Positions 51,950 through 64,000 of a DNA stretch of 64,000 bases are shown in pieces (positions within the stretch are counted from its first letter, which is position 1; every line of letters begins with the position of its first letter). The position numbers and the translations under genes were made by a program. The notes under the pieces were generated by a model. The model was not told where the DNA came from and did not search any database. It saw only the letters and a program-made list of their open reading frames with translations. This DNA comes from the human T2T-CHM13v2.0 reference genome, Homo sapiens, in the NCBI RefSeq assembly GCF_009914755.1, contig NC_060930.1; one strand, written 5' to 3'.

Positions 51950-52120
51950 ATTAATTTAATTCTTACAATAGCCCCATGAGGAATATATTATTTCTGCTAT
52001 ATCACAGATGAGGAAATTGAAGCCCAGGGGAAGCTAGTGACTTTCCCAGGGACACACAAGCAGTCAGTGGCTGGGCCAGACTGAGGGACATGGCCCCCTG
52101 TGCTCACCAGCCTCAACACG
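51950..52120 (-). mobile_element. MIR SINE
   Basis: atttaattcttacaatagccccatgagg...acagatgaggaaattgaagcccag. Confidence 0.8.
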
Positions 52121-53974
52121 ATACACGCTCCCAAAAAGCTTCACATTTCCTCAAAGGTGAGGTCAATAACATACTTCTCTGCAAATAAAAAATAATAATT
52201 AAATTTCACTGACTGCATATTATGTGTGAGGGAATCTGCAAACAGCTTCACCCATGTCCCGTCATTCTGGCATCAAAACACTCAGTCAGGTGCTGAAATG
52301 GGCATCCTCACTCCACACGTGAGAACCTGGAGGCACCCAAAAGCCAGGCAGTGGACACCCTGGAATTTACTCATCCCTACCTCGGGCAGGAGTCCTACCC
52401 TCATGCCATCAGCCTCCCCAGGTACACAGAGGATGTGTAATCATTACCTACCCAGGCAACAATTGAACTGAGCTAAGCTTTGGGTGGTATAAGATGCACT
52501 AACATTTAGACATGCCAGGATTCCAGCTGGGGCAAGCACATTCTCCTCCAGTGAAGCCACGAAGCCCCACTCTGCTCCTGAGAGGCCAAGAAAGAGACGG
52601 GCAGATGGTGAAGCCATCAAACAGCCCTCTGGACACAGCCCGGGAGCCCTGGCCAACAACACCATCCATCCCAAAAGCCAGCTTGGTAGTTCCCACCCTC
52701 ATTCCTCATCAAAAGAAAGCATGATTACTCTGGCAGGAAAGAGCGGCTTCCCAAAATCCAAACTGGCAAGATGGTGGAATTCCTCATAAGAAAACTCCAG
52801 ATGCTCCTGAGCTTGCTCTCCGGCAGAACGTCCTCAGCACATCTGGTCTGCGCTGTTGGATGAGACACACAACACAGCACCCACGGCAAGGTCCAGAATC
52901 CCTGTGGGCTGTGAGGTCCAGAATCCCTGTGCTGCCACAGCTGGGCACGGGCTGAGGGACCTCAGACAGGGCCTCCACGATTCTGAGCCCCAGCTTCCTC
53001 ATGTGAGACCCAGAAATAGGTAGTGAACACAGGAATGATTTAAAAAATGTAATGGGCATGTAGCATCTACTCAGGGCTGGACACAGCCTTCAGTCACTGA
53101 ATATACGTACACACACATACACACACGAAGCGCTATGGTATGTCAAGAAACATTCTGTCCAATACAACAGTTTTTAGAAATTTTAAGATCATGACCCCTT
53201 CAAGAAACAATGAAAGCAATGGAATCACCAGCCAGAAAAACAAAAGGCACTGTATATAGAATAATCCAGTATGGAGCATCCCGGGAGCCTGGCAGCGGGT
53301 GGAGAATCTCCGTGAGAATGTGACGAGTCCATACCTTTAGTCGCACGGTGCAGACCCCCGATGGGAACTGCAGAGGGCCTAGCAGAGGGGCCCTGGGAAA
53401 ATTTAGGGGAGGCCACAGGAGGCCCAACATCGCTCAGAATGAAGATCCTCAGCCTACAATTTTCTCCTTAGCTACTTTTCTAGCGCTTCCTTCGCAAACA
53501 GAGGCAGCAGACTCAGGCAGCCACCTGCACTGCTCTGCCTCCAGCGCAGGCCTCCCGCGGCTGCTTCTCCTCTGCCTCTTGAAACTTGTCTGTGCACAAA
53601 AGCAGAGTGGAGGGAAAAGAACACACACGTGTGGGAAACTCTGTGCTGTGCACACGCGTGCATTAAATACACAGCCTCATTTGGCCTCGTGGAAACTCAG
53701 GGAGGCAGACAGTGTGTTCCCATCTTAGAGACGGGAGCAGTGAGGCTCAGTGAACATAAGTTACAGTGTGGGTGGCGTGGTGAAGCTGACATCACATGTG
53801 GCCGCCCCACTCCAGAGTGTAGTCTTCCCTCCACGTCTGCATCACCACCGGAGAGCAGCAGGCGTGAGAACAGGTGGACCTGGGGGAGCAGGGAGACTCG
53901 GGACTTCTCATGGCCTGGTCTGCCGTGGTCCACATGCTTACCTTGGTTTCTCAGCTGTATTGAGGGATACTTGG

Positions 53975-54387
53975 TGTTTGAGGCTGATCTCACACTGCTA
54001 TAAAGAAATGCTTGAGACTGGGTAGCTTATAAAGAAGAGGTTGCATTGGCTCACGGTTCTGCAGGCTATGCAGGAAGCATGATGCTGCTCAACTTCTGGG
54101 GAGGCCTCAGGAAACTTACAATTACGACAGAAGGCGAAGGGGAAGCCAGCGCATCGTACATGGCTGGAGCAGGAGGAAGGAGGGAAAGGGAGGTATCACA
54201 CACTTTTAAACAACCAGATCTCACGAGAACTCACTATCACAAAAACAGCACCCAGGGGATGGCACTAACCCATTCATGAGAGCTCCACCCCCATGACCCA
54301 TTCACCTCTCACCAGGCCCCACCTCCAACACTGAGGATTACAATTCGACGTGAGATTTGGGCGGGGACACAGATCCAAACCATATCC
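53975..54387 (-). mobile_element. MST (MSTA/B-like) MaLR solo LTR
   Basis: ctcacactgctataaagaaatgcttgagactggg...gagatttgggcggggacacagatccaaaccatatc; ttgg flanks both ends. Confidence 0.9.
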
Positions 54388-54394
54388 ATTGGTA

Positions 54395-54640
54395 AATGAA
54401 CATTGTTTGCATTCAAGGTGTACAATGTGATGGTTCTATACGTATACACTGTGAGATGTTGACCCCAGTACAGCTGCTTAACGTGTTTATCACCTTACAT
54501 AGTTACTGGGTGCGTGTGCATGCATGTGGTGAGAATACAAGATCTACTCTCCGCAAATTTTAAGTATTCAATACATTATACATTAGTTTGAGATGTAGTC
54601 ACTGTTCTGTACACTAGGTTCTCAGAAACTGTTAATTTTA
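54395..54640 (-). mobile_element. L1M 3' end fragment
   Basis: attcaaggtgtacaatgtgatg...gatctactctccgcaaattttaagtattcaataca. Confidence 0.75.
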
Positions 54641-54764
54641 TATGTATAAGATGATATATGTTTAGGCCTAAAGGCTTAGGCCTTTGCTCAAAGAAAAAGA
54701 AATGTCTTAAGGTGAGTTTATTAGTCTGACAATTTCATTTACTGAGTGTTTACTATAGTTATGA

Positions 54765-56688
<1,924 letters not shown>

Positions 56689-57199
56689 AGGTGATGTCAG
56701 CAATAAAGCAAAATAGAAGGTAACTAGCTCATATCCTCCCACAATAAGAATTCTGCATGCATCCACAATCAAGTCTCTGCTGGAGCCTCAAGATTCAGGT
56801 AGGAGTTTGGAGCCCAACACTGTGGAGGGTCATTTTAAGAGTTCAGACCCACTCTCGGGTGGCTGGTCTGCTGAACTTGCTCCCAGGCTCAAACCCAGAA
56901 ATGACTCAGTCTTCCAAGGGGTTTGGCTACAGCCCCATTTTGGCCTTGAGGCTGTAATCCAAACCACCTGCCAAGGGATCTGGAAGGAATCACACACACT
57001 AGGGTCTTGGCAGAAGGGCTCATCTGCCTGCTAACATCAGTCTCAGTGGTGAACCTGACAGTTTCCCTATAGTTCAGTCCCAGTGCGCCCAAGCTGAGGT
57101 GCCAGCTCAGAGCTGCTTGCACAAGGACCCAGAGAGAGATTCACCCATCTGTGGCAGCCCGGGTGTCTGAGACTGCCTGATAGGATTGCCAACCTCTCT

Positions 57200-57900
57200 C
57201 CCACAGCAGATCCTTAGGTGACCTGGCCTCAGCTCTGACCCCTTCTGCTACAATCAGAGAACTATCCCATCTATACTGAGACCTGCAGGGAGATTTGCAC
57301 CCTTCTGAGGCAATGAGACCAGACTCTCCAGCCCGCATGCCACAGCAGATCCTCAGGGGACCCAGTCTCAGCTTGGCCCCTTCTGATACAATCAGAGAAC
57401 TAGCCCATCTATACTGAGACCTGCAGGGAAATGTGCACCCCTCTGAGCCACTGACACCAGGCTCTCCAGCCTGCATTCCACGGCAGATCCTCAGGGGGCC
57501 CAGGCTCAGCTCTGGCCCCTCCTGCTATAGTTGGTGAGCCATCTCATTGATGCGGGAACTTGCTAGGCAACATGCATCACTCTAAACCAAGATCAGGCTC
57601 TCCAACCTCTGTGCCACAACAGATTCCAAAGGGGCCCATTCCCAGCTCCAGCCCCTTCTGCTGCAGTTATGGAATGATTTTATCTGTGCAAGAACTGCTT
57701 GGGAGATACATACCCACCTGAGCCAATGTGAAAGACCCATAAGCCTTCTTCCAACAGCAGATTTCTAGGGGACCCAGTCTCAATTTCAGCCACTCTTGCT
57801 GCACTTGGGAACCCAGCCCAACTGTGCAGAGACCTGTTGGGTGGCACATCCATCTGGGCCATTGACACAGCCTTCTGGACTCAGCTTCCTGGCCAGCATT
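57200..57900. repeat. ~138 bp tandem monomers in the L1 5'UTR, ~5 copies
   Basis: ccacagcagatcc motif recurs near 57202, 57340, 57478, 57614 and 57751. Confidence 0.85.
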
Positions 57901-58683
57901 CCCACACAGCCCAAGTACATTCCCTGGGTCTTCCCCAAGGAAGACATGGGGAAAGTCATGTCAACCTCAGAGTCTTTACAAGACTTGTAGCAAGCCTAGA
58001 CTTAGAGTGTCTTCTAGTGCAAATATGGCTGCAGTGGTCACAGGCTCAGGGAACTCAACAGTCAATCTACTTAGAATATACTTTTTCTATTTAGAAGAAG
58101 GACAGGCACAAACAAAGCCAGACTGTGAAGACTAAAATAAATACGTAATCTTTCAATGTGCTGACATTACCACATATCCATAAGCATCAAGGACATTCAA
58201 AAAAATGTGACTTCACCAAACTGACAGATTAAGGTGCCAGAGATCAACCCTAAAATGATGGAGATATGTAATCTCTCAGACAATTAAGTCAAAATAGTAG
58301 TTTTAAGAAAGTTTGATGAACTTCAAGAAAATACAAAGTATCAATTCAGAAATTTATCAGAGAAATTTAACAGAGAGATTGAAATAAATTTTGGGAAAAA
58401 TCAAACAGAAATCCTGTGCAGAAAATAACAATGAATAATATGAGAAATGAAATAAACAGTATCAATAACAGAAATTGACCAAAGAGAAGAAAGAATCAGT
58501 GAGCTTGAAGAATAACAGTTTGAGGGAAAAAAAGGAAAGAAAAGAGAAGGAAAAGGTGAAATGGAATGAAGAAAGCTTTATAGGTTCTATGGAATGACAT
58601 GCAAAAATCAAATATTCAGGTTATTGAAGATAAAGAGAAAACTGAAAAATAAAAAAGGGTAGAAACCTTATGCAAAAACATAA

Positions 58684-59004
58684 GGCTGGGTGCAGTCACT
58701 CATGCCTATAATCCCAAGAGTTTGCAAGGCCGAGGCAGGAAAATCACTTAAGCCCAGGAGTTTGAGGCCACCTTAGACAACACAAGTGAGTTCTTGTGTC
58801 TCCAGTAATTTTTTTAAAAATTAGCCAGGCATCACGGTTTATGCCTGTACTTCCAGCTATTCGGGAAGCTGAGGTAGAAAGATCCCTTGAACCTGGGAGA
58901 GTAAGGCTGCAGTAAGCCAGGATCTCTCCACTGTACTCCAGCCTAGGCAACAGTGAGATCCTGTCTTAAAATAATAATTATCATTATTAATTATTAATAA
59001 TAAT
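58684..59004 (+). mobile_element. AluJ inserted in L1 ORF1, (TAA)-type tail
   Basis: ggctgggtgcagtcactcatgcctataatccc...agcccaggagtttgaggcc...ctccagcctaggcaacagtgagatcctgtct. Confidence 0.9.
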
Positions 59005-61992
59005 AGAAAACTTTCAAAATCTGGAGAAAGATATGAATATCCAGGTATAGGAAGGTCAAAGTCACCAGTCAGGTTCCACCAAATTAAAAATACTCCAAAA
59101 CATGCTACAAGTACACTCCAAGGTCAAAAACAAAGATAAGCTCTTGAAAGTGACAGAAGTGTGAGAGAAGTGTAGGAAATGGCATATAAGGAAGATCCAA
59201 TATGCCTAGCAGCAAACTTTTCAGCAGAAACTTCACAGGTAGGAAGGGAATGGGACAATATATTCAGAGTGCTGAAGAAAAAATACTGTCAACCAGGAAT
59301 ACTACACCCAGCAAATATGCTCTTTAAAAATGAAGGGGAGATAAAAAAACTTGACCAGAAAAACAAAAGCTGAGAAAATTTATTGCTACCAAACATGTTC
59401 TACAGGAAATGCTAGAAAGGGTTTTTAAAACTGAAAGAAAATAATGCTAATGTGATTGCTACACTAATATGGTAATCATGGTGTGTAAACTATTTGTGTA
59501 TTTACTAAGAAGACTAAAAGGAAAAGCAATTGAAGTAAAAATGAATACAACAATATTTGAGAAATTGACAATATTAAAAATATGAATTGTGACATCAAGA
59601 TTTAAAATGTAGTGGGAGAAGGGAGTTAATGCATACAGGTTTTCCTGGTTATTTCTTTCTTTTCATTTGTCATCAAAGTTAAGTTGGTATCAATTTTAAA
59701 TAACTACTTATAATTATAGAATGCTTTTTGTAAGAATCATGGTAACCACAAAGCCAAAGTCTATAATAGGTACACTAAAAATAAAATTCAATGAGTTAAA
59801 ACATACAACCAGAAGAAACCACTTAACCACAAAGGAAGGCAGAAAAAAAAAGAAGAAAGGAAAAGAAGAGTTACAAAACAACTAGAAAACAAGTAAGAAA
59901 ATGGTAGTTGAAAGTCCTTACCTATGAATAATAACATTGAATGTAAATGGAATAATTATTCAATTCAAAGACATAGAGTGGCTGAATGACTTTTCTTCAA
60001 AAGAAAAATCAGCTATGTGCTGCCTTCAAGAAACTCATTATGTCTATAAAGTCACACATAGACTGAGAGTGAAAGAATAAAAAAGATATTTCATGCAAAT
60101 GCAAGCCAAAAAAAGGGCAGGAGTAACTGTACTCATATCAGATAAAATAGATCTTAAGTCAAAAACTGTAGAAAGAGACAAAGAAAATTATGATAAAGGA
60201 AATTTATCAATTCAGCAAGAGGAAATAAATAAGCACTCAACACCACAGCGTGCAAATATATAAAGCAAATACCAATAGAACTAAAGGGAGACATAGATTG
60301 CAATACAATAATAGTAGGATAGTTCAACACCCACTTTCAACAGGGGACAAATCATCCAGGCAGAAAACCAGCGAAGAAACATTGGAGTTAAATTACACTC
60401 TAGATCAAATGGACCTAACAGACTATTACAGAATATCTTATCCAACTGCTGCAGAACTTATATTCTTCTCCTCAGCATATGGAACATTCTTCAGGATAGA
60501 CCACATGTTAGGCAATAAAACAAGTCTCAGGAAATTTAAAACAATTGAAATCATATCAAGTATCTTTTCTGACCACAAGGAATAAAGCTAGAAATCAATA
60601 ATAAGAGGAACTTTCAAAACTGTACAAATATGTGGAAATTAAACAACATGCTCATGAATGACTAATGGATCAATAAAGAAATTAAGAAAGAAATTACAAA
60701 ATTTATTAAAACAAACAAAAATGGAAATACACCACATCAAAAGCTATGGGATACTTTTAAGAGGGAACTTCATAGCAATAAATATCTATATCAGAAAAGT
60801 AGAAAGACTTAAAATAAACAACTTAACAATGCACTGCAGGAACTAGAGAAGTAAGAATAAACCAAAAGCAAAATTAATAGAAAGAAAGATATAATGAAGT
60901 ACAGAAAAGAAATAAATAAAATTGAAACTAAAAAATACAAAATATCAACAAAACAAAATGTTAGTTTTTTGAAAAGATATACAAAATCAACACCCTTAGC
61001 CAGACCCAGTGAAAAAGAGAGAAAACCCAAATAAATAAAAGCAGAGATAAAAAAGGAAACATCACAATTTATTCCACAGAAATTCTAAAGCTAATTAGAA
61101 ACTAAACAACTACATGCCAACAAATTGGAAAACAATGATAAGAAGTGAATAAATTTCTGCACACACACAACCCACAAATATTGAACCATGAAGAAATCAC
61201 CAATAATAAGTAACAACATTAAAGCACTAATGAAAAATCTCCCATCAAAAAAAAAAACCTCAAGACTTGATGGATTCACTGCTCAATTCATCAAACACTT
61301 AAGTAGGAAGTAATACCAATTCTACTGAAACTATTTCAAAAAACTGAAGAGGAGGAAATGCTTTCAAACTCATTCTATAAGGCCAGCGTTACCCTGATGC
61401 CAGAATCAGACAAGGACACACACACACACACACACAAACTATAGGCCAATAACCCTAATACACATGGATGCAAAAATTCTCAACAAAATACTAGCAAACT
61501 GAATTTAACAACACATTAAAAAGATCATTCACTGTAATAAAGTGGGATTCATTCCAGGGATGTAAGGATGGTTCAACATGTGCAAATCAATATGCATGAC
61601 ATAGCAATCAACAGAATTAAGGATAAAAACCATATGATCATTTCAATAGATGTTGAAAGGTATTTAATAAAATTCAACATCCATTCTGATTTTTAAAAAA
61701 CTCTCAATAAATAAGGTATAGAAGGAATGTACTTCAACACAAGGAAGTCCATATATGATACACCCACATTTAATATCATACTAAACAAGGAAAAATGGAA
61801 AGGCTTTTCACTAAGATTGGAACAAGGCAAGGATGTCTGTTTTCACCACTTGTATTCAATATAATACTCAAAGTCCTGGCCAGAGCAATTAGACAAGAGA
61901 AAGAAAGTAAGGGTATCCACATTGGAAAAGGAAGACATCACATTATCCTTGTTTGCAGATGACACAATCTTATAGTTAGAAAAACCTAAAGA

Positions 61993-61994
<2 letters not shown>

Positions 61995-62032
<38 letters not shown>
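61995..62032. repeat. (AC)n microsatellite (a shorter one lies at ~61415-61436)
   Basis: Seen directly in the sequence. Confidence 0.95.
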
Positions 62033-62035
<3 letters not shown>

Positions 62036-64000
62036 TCAGAACCAATAAATTAATAAAGTTTCAGAATAAAAAATGATCATATAAAAATCAGTAGCATTTA
62101 TATACATTAACAGAGATCAATCTAAAAAGGAAATCAAGAAAGCAATCTCATTTACAGTAGGTACAAAAAACATACCTAGGAATATGTTTAACCAAGGAAG
62201 TAAAAGATCTCTACAAGGAAAACTATAAAACACTGATGAAAGAGAAGAAGAGGGTACACAGACACAAATGGAAAGATATCCCATGCTCATGGATTAGAAG
62301 AATGAATACTGTAAATCACCCAAAGTGATCAATAGATTCAATGTAATCTCTAGCAAAATACCAATGATGTTATTCACAGAAACAGAAAAAAGCATTCCTA
62401 CAAGCGTAGGAAACCACAAAAGACTCCAAATAGCTAAAGCCATCCTGAGAAAAAAGAACAAAGCTGAAGACATCACACTGCCTGATTTCAAATTTTGCTA
62501 CAAATGTATAGTAACCAGAACAGCACAGTACCAACACTAAAACAGACATGTGGACCAATGGAATAAAACGATGAATTCAGAAATAAATCCACGTACTTAC
62601 AGCCAACTCATTTTTGGCAAAGACATCAAGAACATACATTGGGGAATGGACAGTCTCTTTGATAAATACTGCCAGGAAAGTTAGACATGCAGAAAAAAAT
62701 GAATCGAGACCCCCCTCTTTTACCATATACATACATCAAATCAAAATGGATTAAAGACTTCAATGCAAGACCCAAAACGATAGAACTACTACTAAAAAAT
62801 AATACGGAGAAACATTCCAGGACATTGATCTGGGTAAAGATTTTTTGGTAAGACCTCAACATTACAGACAACTATAACAAAAATAGAAAAATAGTATTAT
62901 ATCAAGCCAGAAAGCTTCTACACAGCAAAGGAAAAAATCAACGAAGTGAAGAGACAACCCACAGAATGGGAGAAAATATTTGCAAACTACCCATCCAACA
63001 AGGGATTAGTAATCAGAATATATAAGAAACTCAAACAACCCAATTAAAAACTGGGCAAAAGACCTAATAGACATTTCTCAAAAGAAATGGCCAACACGTA
63101 CATGAAAAAAGGCTCAACATCACTAGTCATTATAGAAATGCAATTCAAAACCACAAGAAGATATTATCTGACCCCATTTAGAATTATCACAAAGACAAAA
63201 AATAGCAAATGCTGATGAGAAGGTGGAAAAAAAGGAACACTCATACACTGTTGGTAGGGATGTAAAGTAGTACACCCACTAGGGAAAACAGTATGGGGGT
63301 TCCTCAAAAAACTAAACTAGAACTACGTTTGGTATAGTCCAGCAATCTTACTGCTGGGTATGCATCTGACAGAAAGGAAATCAGTATATCAAAGAGACAT
63401 CGGCCCTCTCATGTTTATTACAACACTACTCACAATAGCCAAGACATCGAATCAACCTAAGTGTTCATCAATAGGCGAAAGGACAAAGAAAATATTGTAT
63501 ATGCACACAATGGAATACTAGTCAGCCATAAAAAGGAATTAAATCCTGTCATTTGCAGCAGGATGGATAGATCTGAAGATCATTCTGTTATGTAAAATAA
63601 GCATGACACAGAAAGACAAATATTGCATGTTCTCATTCATATGTGGGAGCTAAAACAGTGGGTCTTGTGGATGTTGAGAGCAGGATGGCGGATGCCAGAT
63701 GCTGGGGTGGAATGGTGGAGAGGAAGATGAAGGGGAGCTGGTTAAGGAGTACAAAAATACAGTCAGAAGGAATGAGCTATCACATGCAGTATAGTAGGAA
63801 AATTATGCTTAATAGTTTATTGTACATATCAAAATAGCTAGAAGAATTGTAATGTTCTCAATACAGAGAATAAAAATGTATGAGGTCATGGGTATCCCAA
63901 TTACCCTAACTTTATCATTACACATTTTAAACAGATATCAAAATATCACATATAACCCAAGAATACTACAGATATTATAATGAATTAGAATTAAATCTTC

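Larger units (their letters stand above)
56689..63986 (+). mobile_element. Full-length decayed old L1 (L1MA-like): 5'UTR, ORF1, ORF2, 3'UTR
   Basis: ORF1 C-terminal remnant (NFSAETSQVGREWDNIFRVLK), endonuclease remnant (LNYTLDQMDLTD...RIDHMLG...FSDH), RT FADD codons at 61952-61963; many stops and frameshifts. Confidence 0.93.

Noticed and set aside
52889-52932. 25-bp-period duplication of aggtccagaatccctgtg
   Set aside because: A two-copy slippage product with no further structure.
56689-63986. Active full-length L1
   Set aside because: Both ORFs have many stops and frameshifts, an Alu sits in ORF1 and microsatellites sit in ORF2.

Overview
Primate (very likely human) nuclear DNA, identified by Alu, L1PA and THE1/MST elements. 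I cannot support any bona fide protein-coding gene: the long ORFs trace to L1 ORF1/ORF2 remnants, the THE1 internal ORF, Alus, tandem repeats or GC-rich chance ORFs. Much of the window is interspersed repeat, including a two-LTR THE1 element split by an L1PA, a twin-primed 5'-inverted L1 carrying a nested L1 and an internal VNTR, and a full-length old L1 nested in an older L1M. The rest holds (i) a ~1.9 kb ancient NUMT (tRNA-Phe, 12S, tRNA-Val, 5' half of 16S) whose 12S part is strongly AT-to-GC shifted and keeps a MOTS-c-like reading frame; (ii) seven minisatellites, several built from transcription-factor motifs (GTGGGAA, AGATAA, GC boxes); (iii) a ~445 bp local duplication, one copy inside a CpG island; and (iv) a candidate TATA-driven spliced transcript downstream of that island. 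The minisatellite density and GC-shifted old repeats suggest a distal or subtelomeric region (inference). Repeat subfamily names and mtDNA comparisons come from recalled consensus sequences, not database searches, and boundaries without a TSD are approximate. No new biological system is established; the leads below are hypotheses.
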